From the NCBI GenBank assembly GCA_965197465.1, contig OZ240209.1:948713-1012712 (forward strand): a stretch of 64,000 nt of DNA. Reading direction: 5' to 3'. How positions within the stretch are numbered: the stretch's first letter is position 1; each line of letters begins with the position of its first letter. Below, piece after piece: positions 1-8,338 of this stretch. Both the position numbers and the translations under genes were made by a program. Source of the DNA: Candidatus Poribacteria bacterium. Lineage in GTDB: Bacteria; Poribacteria; WGA-4E; JAJDTR01. The notes beneath the pieces were generated by a model. It searched no databases. It had not been told where the DNA came from and was given only the letters and a program-made list of their open reading frames with translations.

Positions 1-700
1 GGAGGACTCCATCTACATCGCGATAATCGGAAAATTTGACTTGCTGAATAATACCCCCATCTCGATCTCGGATCTTCCAATTGCTAACAGTTGGTTCACT
101 ATCTCCTACGAAGACGGTAATTTCTTCTAGATTGCCTGCTTCAACTCCCGGGCGTGTCACCACAAAATCGGCGCCAGAAGATGCTAACGCCAATTCGTTC
201 GTACGTCTATCAAGGAAGGGATTGGCAAAAATGGCGCTGCGAACATCCGAGATTCTTAAATCCATACCGAAAATCTCTCTTAACACCCCATCCTCCAAGC
301 GTTCAAAGATTGCTTCCTGCTCGTTGGCAAAGTAGAGCAGTAAATGATCCCGGGCGGCAATAGCAATCACTCGTGGTTCATTCAATGGACCCAGCACTTG
401 TATGTGGAGGAGATCGCCATCTTTCAGTGATCGCTTATACCAGAGTGATTCTCGTAGCTCCTCTTTGCTGTCCTTGTCTTCAATGGTCACGACCATCTGT
501 AGGATTCGTACTGTTGATGTTAGGTCATAGCTCGACTGAAGGTGGGTGAGGATGGGATTCAACAACTCTCTGTCAGCAGGAGATAACTTGACCGTTGTAC
601 TACCGCATCCAACCAGGATTAAAACGAGAAGAAATATTACTATGACACAGTTCTTGGAATGTGAAACGCGAAACGCAATCCGCGATGCCGTACGATTCAT
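1..700 (-). CDS. Lipoprotein, LolB/DUF4292-like (outer-membrane lipoprotein-sorting fold); the 3' end runs off the window
   Basis: Not in the ORF track because there is no stop in the window. Hand translation of the minus strand from the ATG at 700..698 stays open to position 1. It reads MNRTASRIAFRVSHSKNCVIVIFLLVLILVGCGSTT..., a signal peptide plus lipobox LVGC. The remainder (...WKIRDRDGGIIQQVKFSDYRDVDGVL) resembles LolB/DUF4292-type proteins. Confidence 0.5.
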   Translation of the reverse strand, partial: MNRTASRIAFRVSHSKNCVIVIFLLVLILVGCGSTTVKLSPADRELLNPILTHLQSSYDLTSTVRILQMVVTIEDKDSKEELRESLWYKRSLKDGDLLHIQVLGPLNEPRVIAIAARDHLLLYFANEQEAIFERLEDGVLREIFGMDLRISDVRSAIFANPFLDRRTNELALASSGADFVVTRPGVEAGNLEEITVFVGDSEPTVSNWKIRDRDGGIIQQVKFSDYRDVDGVL

Positions 701-727
701 GCTGTCACTCCAGCCCAACTTCACGCG

Positions 728-1918
728 TTAATATACCTCCGCCATTGACCGCTCAAGAATCGCTACTGCTTCGTCGACGTGGCTAATCGTGATATTGAGC
801 GGCGGCAGGAACCGGAGTACGTAATCGTTGGTACAGATAGTGATTAAACCGTTATCCGCGCACTTTGCGGCAACTGGCTTAGCATCGACAGACATCACCA
901 ATCCACGCAATAATCCTTTGCCCCGAACCTTTTGAATCGGATATTTGTCCTTGAGTTGCGATATTTCGTATGCCAAATAGTTACCCATTTCGACTGCATT
1001 TGCGGTGAGATTTTCGTCAAGAATTGTCTGGACAGTTGCACACGCGGCTGCAGTAATCAGTGGATTACCTCCGAACGTCGCCGCATGAGTGCCCGGGACG
1101 AAGCTGTCCGCTATATGCTTCTTCGCAAGCATAGCGCCAATCGGTACACCACCACCGAGCGACTTTGCCATTGTCACAACATCGGGAATCACCCCGTAGC
1201 TCTGATAGCCGAAGAAGGTGCCAAGACGCCCCATTGCCGTTTGAACCTCATCAAGAATGAGGAGCAGATCGTGTGCGTCACATAGGTTACGCAATCCTTG
1301 AATATAGTTTTCGCTCGGAACATTGACTCCGCCTTCGGATTGAATTGCCTCCACAAGAATTGCACACGTATTCTTGTTGACCGCAGCTTCCGTTGCCTCT
1401 AAATCATCGAACGGCACATAGGCGAAGCCGGGCAGCATTGGCTCAAACCCCTTGTGATATTTTATCTGTGCGGTTGCAGTGATAGTTGCCATCGTGCGCC
1501 CATGAAATGAGTTCTCCATCGTAATGATTTCGTGGGCATCTGCTTTACCTCGATCCGTGGCATACTTTCTCGCCAGTTTTATTGCTGCCTCATTCGCTTC
1601 CGCACCGCTATTACAGAAGAAACATTGATCTAAATCGGAGTTGTCGATGAGTAGTTTCGCTAACTTTGCCTGCGGCTCAATGTAATATAGATTAGAGATG
1701 TGTAATAATTTGCTTGCCTGCTCGCGAATTGCCGAGACGATATTCGGGTGACAATGCCCCAGACCGTTGACGGCTAGGCCTCCAAGGAAATCAAGATATT
1801 TCTTACCATCTGCATCCCATAAGTAGGGGCCTTCCCCGCGGACAAATGCCAAATCGCGCTCGCCGTAGGTATTCATGATATAGGTAGTTGCCATCGCTTT
1901 AATTTCAGCTGTAGTCAT
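728..1918 (-). CDS. argD: Acetylornithine aminotransferase (class III PLP aminotransferase)
   Basis: 396-aa ORF. Motifs are YGERDLAFVRGEGPYLWDADGKKYLDFLGGLAVNGLGHCHP, ILDEVQTAMGRLG and the PLP-lysine context TMAKSLGGGVPIGA. Confidence 0.85.
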   Translation of the reverse strand: MTTAEIKAMATTYIMNTYGERDLAFVRGEGPYLWDADGKKYLDFLGGLAVNGLGHCHPNIVSAIREQASKLLHISNLYYIEPQAKLAKLLIDNSDLDQCFFCNSGAEANEAAIKLARKYATDRGKADAHEIITMENSFHGRTMATITATAQIKYHKGFEPMLPGFAYVPFDDLEATEAAVNKNTCAILVEAIQSEGGVNVPSENYIQGLRNLCDAHDLLLILDEVQTAMGRLGTFFGYQSYGVIPDVVTMAKSLGGGVPIGAMLAKKHIADSFVPGTHAATFGGNPLITAAACATVQTILDENLTANAVEMGNYLAYEISQLKDKYPIQKVRGKGLLRGLVMSVDAKPVAAKCADNGLITICTNDYVLRFLPPLNITISHVDEAVAILERSMAEVY

Positions 1919-2096
1919 TCGCTTTGAATCTCCTTTGATTGAATATGTAGCAAATATTATGAGAGAAACTCAATGGGCATTCAATGTGCAGTTAGGTGAA
2001 TTCTGTCAGAATATGTCAAAGTCTCGGTTCAATCATCCGCACGTCACTTTCTTGGGTTGAGCCTTTCTGCAATTGAAATCATACCCGACACCTAGG

Positions 2097-3188
2097 TTAT
2101 GACGAGACAATCTTCAAACAAGAAGCCGTTGGTACATTTGCGACTTCGCCTGTTGATGCAAGCCTGCCGGTCTCCTCGTCAATTTGGAATGTGACGATAT
2201 TATCCGAGTCATGATTGGCTGCATAAAGGAAACTTCCTGCCGGATCCAACGCAAAATTGCGCGGCGTCTTGCCCTGCGTTGGCTCGCATCCCAGATATGT
2301 GAGCATTCCTGTTTCCTCGGCGATGCGAAACATCGCAATACTGTCATGCCCGCGATTTGAACCGTAAACGAATTTACCAGATTGGTGAACGTGTACGTCT
2401 GCACAGTGACTCACTCCTTCAAAATCGTCTGGCAGTGTTGAGATTGACTGGATTTCCTTTAATAATCCGCCAGATTTTTCGTAGGCAAACGCGATAAGCG
2501 TACAATTGAGTTCATTTACAAGATAAGCATACTGTAGGTTCGGATGGAAATCGAAATGCCGCGGCCCAGCTCCAGCCTGAACCTGAACAGAAGCCTGAGT
2601 ATTAGGAAGGAGTTTGCCGTCAACCAGATCAAGCTTGTAAATCATAATCTTGTCAATTCCGAGATCGGGAACGAAAACATAACGGTTCGTCGGATCTATC
2701 ATCACTGAGTGTGGGTGTGGGCCTGTCTGCCGTTCCTCGTTGACGCTAGCCCCCTCGTGATGAATGAGATGACAGATCTCACCTAGCTCTCCATTCTCCT
2801 GTATGGGAAACACTGCTACACTCGCCCCAGTATAATTTGCAACGATCACATATTTTCCTGTCGCATCAACGCTCAAATGGCACGGTTCAGCGCCGCCTGA
2901 CGGCTGTCGGTTAAGATAATTTAGTTTGCCGGTCGTTGGATCAATCGCAAAAGCACTTACTACACCACCGGGTTGCCCGTCAAACTCGTGAATCTCACTT
3001 ACCGCGTAAAGATAGCGCCCTTGAGGTGCAATGGCTAAGAAAGTTGGGTTCTCCAAACCAATTTCCTTACCCTCATACTTTAAGGTGCCTGGGGAGCTGT
3101 CGAGGCGGTAGATGTAAATGCCTTCACTCTCGTTCCAAGTGTATGTGCCGATATAAACGCGTGCATTTCCCCGATTCGGTGTAGTCAA
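2097..3188 (-). CDS. Lactonase family protein (6-phosphogluconolactonase-like 7-bladed beta-propeller)
   Basis: 363-aa ORF. It starts VYIGTYTWNESEGIYIYRLD, has repeated blade-like segments, and contains GAGPRHFDFHP and PRNFALDP motifs typical of the Lactonase (PF10282-type) family. Confidence 0.7.
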   Translation of the reverse strand: MTTPNRGNARVYIGTYTWNESEGIYIYRLDSSPGTLKYEGKEIGLENPTFLAIAPQGRYLYAVSEIHEFDGQPGGVVSAFAIDPTTGKLNYLNRQPSGGAEPCHLSVDATGKYVIVANYTGASVAVFPIQENGELGEICHLIHHEGASVNEERQTGPHPHSVMIDPTNRYVFVPDLGIDKIMIYKLDLVDGKLLPNTQASVQVQAGAGPRHFDFHPNLQYAYLVNELNCTLIAFAYEKSGGLLKEIQSISTLPDDFEGVSHCADVHVHQSGKFVYGSNRGHDSIAMFRIAEETGMLTYLGCEPTQGKTPRNFALDPAGSFLYAANHDSDNIVTFQIDEETGRLASTGEVANVPTASCLKIVSS

Positions 3189-3258
3189 GATGTCCGCTCC
3201 TTATGTTTGATTCTCATTCTGCTGGTTGTGTGAAAAGCGTAAATATTCGATGCCAGCG

Positions 3259-3897
3259 TCATGACTGTTTTTCCGCCAAGACAATGTGGACAGGATCCGT
3301 ATACTCTTCTACGGGTGGAGTCTTGTCCCAGAAGGTAATGTTATAGAAACCACCAGCCTGACAAAAATAATGCCTCACAAGATCAACATGCCCTTCAACA
3401 GAGGTCATACGCCAGATGGCTACTGCCTTCGTCGCGAACATCCGGTTGGAGAAGATGACGATGAATGGGCCGCATGGTTGCAGTATGCGTCGTACTTCAC
3501 GAAAAACCTTCACCGGTTTCGTCAGGTATTGCACCGAAGCCGTCAGGATGACGCCAGTGAACTCTGCATCGGTGAAAGGAAGGTTGGGCTCAACGTTGAG
3601 GTCATGGATTAGATACTCATCTAGCACCGGATTTGACCGAAGTTCGACCTCGTTTAATCCCAATCCAACAACTCGTTGACAGGGAAATCCATCAGGAAGA
3701 TGCGAGAATGCACTGCTCATGAGATCTAGGATTGCCGCATGTTTCGGGAGGTGATGATTTAGAAATGCCTGAATCGCCCCAATCCCGTTATCATCAATGT
3801 GGGTAACTATACGAGGAACATTGTAAAACAGGGAATCTGCAGTTTCATCAATGCGCGCGAAATGAGCCGGCGTAAGCGAGAAGCCTGATAACTTCAT
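3259..3897 (-). CDS. Class I SAM-dependent methyltransferase
   Basis: 212-aa ORF with a methyltransferase-like core (AILDLMSS...GLGLN...FTGVILTASVQYL). Its ATG overlaps the stop of the upstream TPR/propeller gene (ATGA at 3894..3897). Confidence 0.5.
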   Translation of the reverse strand: MKLSGFSLTPAHFARIDETADSLFYNVPRIVTHIDDNGIGAIQAFLNHHLPKHAAILDLMSSAFSHLPDGFPCQRVVGLGLNEVELRSNPVLDEYLIHDLNVEPNLPFTDAEFTGVILTASVQYLTKPVKVFREVRRILQPCGPFIVIFSNRMFATKAVAIWRMTSVEGHVDLVRHYFCQAGGFYNITFWDKTPPVEEYTDPVHIVLAEKQS

Positions 3898-5888
3898 TGT
3901 AAGCCTACCGCGTTAGTGTCGATCTTCGCGAGTCCGTTAGAAGTGCCTATCCAAGCGGATTCGTTACCTAGCTCAATGCAATTGACAGTCACTCCATCTC
4001 CAATTTGGTCTACAGGGTAACCTATCGCATCCCACCCACTTTGGGACTTGACATACACACCATCGTTGGCAGCAATCCACAATGTCGGCGAAGTCGTAGT
4101 TTCTTCGGCTTGACCCACCGCTATGTAGACATTTTCAAGCGGCACCATGTCTTGCGTTGTGACTGTCATACCCCTACCTTGTAGTCCTTTCCAGTCGGCT
4201 TCGCCATATCCGTTCGATTTGTGCTTTTGACTATACCAAGTGAAAAATACACTCTGCCCCCCGACATCGAAACTTGCAATAGAGTTGCCGTCAACGCCGG
4301 GAATCATATCGTGCAAGTTTGAACTACGCCATAAATCGTGCACAAGGTCAAAGATAGCGAGTCCGGCGTCCGAGGTGCCCGCCCAGACGGTTTCCGACGT
4401 GACAGCCAACGCTACAATGTTGTCAGCAGGGAGTTTAGCAGTCGTCCGATCATACACTATCCACTCATCGTTTGACCGAGAATACCGAGCAACTCCCGAA
4501 AACGTAGCAACCCACACGTCGTCGCTACCGAACTCAATGTCGAAGATTTGATTGTGCGGCAACCCGTTCAGTGTGTTGTAATTAACGTACAATCTTGTTG
4601 ACGGATTATAGCGGATTACACCTTGGTTTAGCGTTCCAATCCACACCTCTTTTTCCTCGACTGCTTCTTCAATCAGAGATGGCGAGCTTTCATCAACTTG
4701 AGTAGGGCTTGGCACATCGACAGCTGGCGCGTAGACCGCTAAGACGCGCACGTTGGTTGGCACGTTCAAGTTGAGACTGTTGATTAGCTCAATGCCACTC
4801 TCACGACGGAATTCCCATGTGCCGAGACCTACGTTAATTCTTGCCAATCCCTTGGGTGTTCCGACCCACAAATCATCGCTATTAACCGCGATGGCTTGAA
4901 TGTTATTGCTTGGAAGATTATCTGATACCGTGTATACCGTCCATGCGCTTTCTTCGCGTTTTCTTTGTATAATCGCTCGCAACTCTGGATCGGTTGTAAT
5001 TGCATTTGCGGTGGAAAAGTCAGCAAGTGCCTCATTATTCATACGAAGTTGCTTATAAGCAGAGCCTCGTGCAACGTAAGCGTCATCAATCCACTTGCTG
5101 TCCGGGTGTTCTTGCATAAAGATAGTTAGCGTTTCCACGGCAACTTGTGGTTGTCCAGTCTTTGCCTGCAACGCTCCAATGAGATACTCCGCCTTTGCCA
5201 AATCGTCTGATTCGGGGAAACGCCGCTTAGCTTCTTGAAGGATTTTCAACGCTTCAGCAGTGGCATCTAGCCACTCCGTCAATATATACCCAGCGGTATA
5301 GCCTGCATGCGCAGCATCTGAATGAGTTGGATAGTGATTGAATATCAGTAAGTACGCATCGGCAGCTTCGCGGAATGCCTCCGCAGCAAGATAGCTATCT
5401 GCTGCAACTTTGAAGTCCGCGGCAAGATTATAGGAATGTGGGGCAATTTTGGCAACCCGCCCAAAGTAATCCAATGCTTCAGCAATGGCTCCATCCTCTT
5501 TTAGCAGTAGACCGAGACTATAGTGCGCATCAGCATGCTTCGGAAATTCTTCAATTGCTGCCTTAAACTGTTTTTTAGCCTCTTCGTCTAATCCTAGCTC
5601 TAACAACGCCTTACCGTTACGAAAGTGTTTCTCGGCTTGAGCGTCAGGAACAAGACTTAAATCTGTAGCAAAACGAATTGTCGTGATTTCGTCTATACTA
5701 ATTTCAAGTTTTTTCTTTTGAAAGACAATTTGAATCCTTTTGTCATCGGATGCTAGCCAGCGTCCTGTAAAGCGGTCTCCGTTCTTCAGATAAACGGAGG
5801 CATACCGTTCTTGACCATAAGCTAGGCATGTGAATAGCAACAGTATTGCTGCAACTACCAATTGAATAGGAACTAGCCTTGTCCACAT
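3894..5888 (-). CDS. Secreted TPR plus two-component-regulator-propeller (Reg_prop) repeat protein
   Basis: 664-aa ORF with an N-terminal signal-like segment LVPIQLVVAAILLLFTCLAYG. TPR-like helices cover aa ~90-330. There are six or more repeats of the W[VI]GT..GL.. type (LWVGTPKGLARIN, VWIGTLNQGVIRYN, VWVATFSGVARYS, VWAGTSDAGLAIFD, AWIGTSNGLAKID). Confidence 0.6.
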   Translation of the reverse strand: MWTRLVPIQLVVAAILLLFTCLAYGQERYASVYLKNGDRFTGRWLASDDKRIQIVFQKKKLEISIDEITTIRFATDLSLVPDAQAEKHFRNGKALLELGLDEEAKKQFKAAIEEFPKHADAHYSLGLLLKEDGAIAEALDYFGRVAKIAPHSYNLAADFKVAADSYLAAEAFREAADAYLLIFNHYPTHSDAAHAGYTAGYILTEWLDATAEALKILQEAKRRFPESDDLAKAEYLIGALQAKTGQPQVAVETLTIFMQEHPDSKWIDDAYVARGSAYKQLRMNNEALADFSTANAITTDPELRAIIQRKREESAWTVYTVSDNLPSNNIQAIAVNSDDLWVGTPKGLARINVGLGTWEFRRESGIELINSLNLNVPTNVRVLAVYAPAVDVPSPTQVDESSPSLIEEAVEEKEVWIGTLNQGVIRYNPSTRLYVNYNTLNGLPHNQIFDIEFGSDDVWVATFSGVARYSRSNDEWIVYDRTTAKLPADNIVALAVTSETVWAGTSDAGLAIFDLVHDLWRSSNLHDMIPGVDGNSIASFDVGGQSVFFTWYSQKHKSNGYGEADWKGLQGRGMTVTTQDMVPLENVYIAVGQAEETTTSPTLWIAANDGVYVKSQSGWDAIGYPVDQIGDGVTVNCIELGNESAWIGTSNGLAKIDTNAVGLQ

Positions 5889-5960
5889 AAAATATCCCTC
5901 TCGTTCGCCAGTTTCCGGTCCGCATTTATCCGATTTAGATCAGCTCATTCGTGGTCCTTC

Positions 5961-6121
5961 AGAGCCTGTTTGAATAATCGGTAGCAGAGCCATTCTTGGT
6001 CGCTTATAGGAAGTTCCTTCATGCTTTTATTGTTGTCGGCTGTGTACCTGTCGCCCCTCTGGGGCTTTTAGAGGCTGGTGCGCAGTGCGCACCCTACAAA
6101 TGTACTTTTCAAACAGGCTCT
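5961..6121. mobile_element. MITE-like non-autonomous element, copy 1 (161 bp, no internal sub-repeats)
   Basis: It has perfect 14-bp terminal inverted repeats, AGAGCCTGTTTGAA (5961..5974) and TTCAAACAGGCTCT (6108..6121). The left module is ..aataatcggtagcagagccattcttggtc. The right module is ctctggggcttttagaggctggtgcgcagtgcgcaccctacaaatgtac, and it contains a GTAG-headed REP palindrome at 6077..6097 (minus orientation). Confidence 0.6.
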
Positions 6122-6250
6122 CAAGATGATGTTTAGCAAAAACGGGACATCGAACGCAAAGTCGAACCCAAACACACCAATTATGAAAGCATAGCAGGTA
6201 TGAAACGATTATGTCAACAAATTATGTCAACGTGGTTCTTTGGAAAATGA

Positions 6251-6279
6251 TTGCAAACTATTCCTACTCTTGATATAAT
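6251..6279 (+). promoter_or_regulatory. Candidate sigma70-type promoter (TTGCAA-17 nt-TATAAT with a TG extended -10)
   Basis: ttgcaa is at 6251..6256 and tataat at 6274..6279, with a 17-nt spacer and tg at 6271..6272. It lies ~50 nt upstream of the ADH start at 6328. Confidence 0.4.
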
Positions 6280-6327
6280 CCAATTTATGCGAATGACACT
6301 CAATGCGCCTATAAGAGGAGACATTTC

Positions 6328-7368
6328 ATGAACATAATGAAAGCGGCAATTTACTCAGGGGTTGAGAAGATTGGGATTCAGGAGGTTGACCGGAGTAAGC
6401 CGGCAACGGGCTATATCGTATTAGATACCAAGCAGACCGGAATCTGCGGAAGCGATCTTCACAGTTATTTTGGAGAGTGGCCACAGTCAGACACGCTGGC
6501 AGCCGGGCATGAGACCTGCGGTGTCGTTGCTGAACTGGGCGAAGGAGTCACCAAGTTCAAAGTCGGCGATAAAGTTACGGCTGAATGTTTCTCACACTGC
6601 GGGCAATGCGTTTTCTGCCGAAAAGGCCATTATAACCACTGTACAGCGAGAAAATGGATTTCGCATGATGCACATGGCGGATTCGCCGAATATACTATTC
6701 TACATGAATCAGGATTGTTCAAGTTGCCCGACCACATGAGTTTTGAAGATGGAACGCTTGTTGAACCACTCGCGGTTTCACATCGAGCCGTGGCGCGGGC
6801 AAATGTGAACGCCCGGAATACCGTCGCGATTATAGGCGGTGGGACAATTGGTCAGCTCTGCTTAGCAGACGCGGTTGCAGTCGGCGCCAGGGAGACGTTG
6901 ATTACTGTGAAATATGAGCGGCAGGCGCAACTCGCCAAGGAACTTGGGGCAGATCACATTGTGAACGTCCGCGAGACCGATGTCACGAAATATGTTGATG
7001 ATATCACCGGTGGTCTAGGTATTGACGCAGTGATAGAGACTGTGGGTGGTGGTCAGAATTTTGACTGCGCCATGGCGATGGTCAAGCCGTGTGGTTTCGT
7101 TGTTCTTGTCGCGGGATATTTTAAGCCGCTTGAGGTGAATCTTTCCCGAGTTGTCTGGTCAGAAGCAATTGTCACTGGCTCTAGCTGTTACGGTTTCAGC
7201 GGGATGGAAACGGACTTTGAAGCCGCTATAGAGCTAATCGACTCGGGTAAGGTTGACGCAAAGAAACTGGTAACGCACCGATTTCCACTGACCGAAATTG
7301 CTGAAGCATTCGAGACTGCCGCAGACAAGCAATCGGGGTCAATCAAGGTGCATGTCTGCCAACCGTAA
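6328..7368 (+). CDS. Zinc-dependent alcohol/polyol dehydrogenase (MDR family, threonine/sorbitol dehydrogenase-like)
   Basis: 346-aa ORF. Motifs are GICGSDLH, GHETCGVV, the structural-zinc Cys cluster CFSHCGQCVFCRKGHYNHC, and the Rossmann motif IIGGGTIGQ. Confidence 0.8.
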   Translation: MNIMKAAIYSGVEKIGIQEVDRSKPATGYIVLDTKQTGICGSDLHSYFGEWPQSDTLAAGHETCGVVAELGEGVTKFKVGDKVTAECFSHCGQCVFCRKGHYNHCTARKWISHDAHGGFAEYTILHESGLFKLPDHMSFEDGTLVEPLAVSHRAVARANVNARNTVAIIGGGTIGQLCLADAVAVGARETLITVKYERQAQLAKELGADHIVNVRETDVTKYVDDITGGLGIDAVIETVGGGQNFDCAMAMVKPCGFVVLVAGYFKPLEVNLSRVVWSEAIVTGSSCYGFSGMETDFEAAIELIDSGKVDAKKLVTHRFPLTEIAEAFETAADKQSGSIKVHVCQP

Positions 7369-7453
7369 ACCACGAGACTTCTTACAGTGCAGAATAGCAC
7401 AACATCCCTCGGAGAGTAATCTCACCCCGGATGACTTACAGTCATCAACAAAA

Positions 7454-8221
7454 ATGCAGACAGATGTCAAGATACTTGCCCATCGCGGCGGGATGGGGCG
7501 CGCTCCCGAAAATACCATCGCGGCGTTTCAACAAACACTTGATGATGGGGCAGACGCCTTTGAGTGCGATGTCTGTCTAACGCGGGATGAAGAACCAATC
7601 CTAATTCATACGAAGTTCGACGATGACGACATTGAACCCGTGACAGGCTGTGCGACGCCGCTTCGTGAGTTGGATTGGGCAGATGTTCAGAACCTCCATG
7701 TACTGGATTCGAAGCAACCTGTGGCACACCTTGACCAGATGTTGACCTTTGTTGAAGAGACAGGGCTGCCATGCTTCCTAGAGCCGAAGAGCAACTCAGA
7801 AAAACTTACCTCTATTGTCGTGGATCGGATACGGCGATTTAACCTTGATGACAAGGTAGGTGTGTTGACCTTTTACTCCCATCGACAAGTGCTAATTCGC
7901 GTCAAGCGAATCGCACCCAATATCAAGACAAGCGCAATCATCCTCAATCCAATGGCAAACTTTCTCAGAGTCGCCAAAATCATCAGTGCAGACCGCATTA
8001 TTATTGGCTGGAGTGGCTTGAATCATTTTGCTTTCTACAACTTGCTCATTCGGTCACTGCCCCGAAAAGTCGGGCAACTCAACGCGGAAGGAATCTCTAT
8101 AGAGGGCGGATTTGTTCAGAGCCTGCAGGATGTTAAGTGGGCGCTGAGGAACGAAATTCGAAGATTGTGGACAGATGATGTACCGGAAACACGCGCGTTT
8201 ATACAAGATATCAAAGCGTGA
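7454..8221 (+). CDS. Glycerophosphodiester phosphodiesterase (GDPD) family protein
   Basis: The ORF-track frame is 7298..8221. The first 52 codons overlap the ADH gene and are not GDPD-like. The internal ATG at 7454 gives MQTDVKILAHRGGMGRAPENTIAAF...ECDV, the canonical GDPD N-terminus. Confidence 0.7.
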   Translation: MQTDVKILAHRGGMGRAPENTIAAFQQTLDDGADAFECDVCLTRDEEPILIHTKFDDDDIEPVTGCATPLRELDWADVQNLHVLDSKQPVAHLDQMLTFVEETGLPCFLEPKSNSEKLTSIVVDRIRRFNLDDKVGVLTFYSHRQVLIRVKRIAPNIKTSAIILNPMANFLRVAKIISADRIIIGWSGLNHFAFYNLLIRSLPRKVGQLNAEGISIEGGFVQSLQDVKWALRNEIRRLWTDDVPETRAFIQDIKA

Positions 8222-8338
8222 ACATTGCCGGGCGGCCTTTTCAAGGTGTATTTAGCATAGTATAACGAAGAGGTCGAAGTGCTGATGTGATGAAACCAAG
8301 GTTACGCTAACTCATTCTATACCCTCCGAAACTTCGCG

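Noticed and set aside
7298-7453. The N-terminal 52-codon extension of the GDPD ORF given in the track
   Set aside because: It overlaps the 3' end of the ADH gene by 71 nt and is not GDPD-like. The internal ATG at 7454 gives the canonical family N-terminus.
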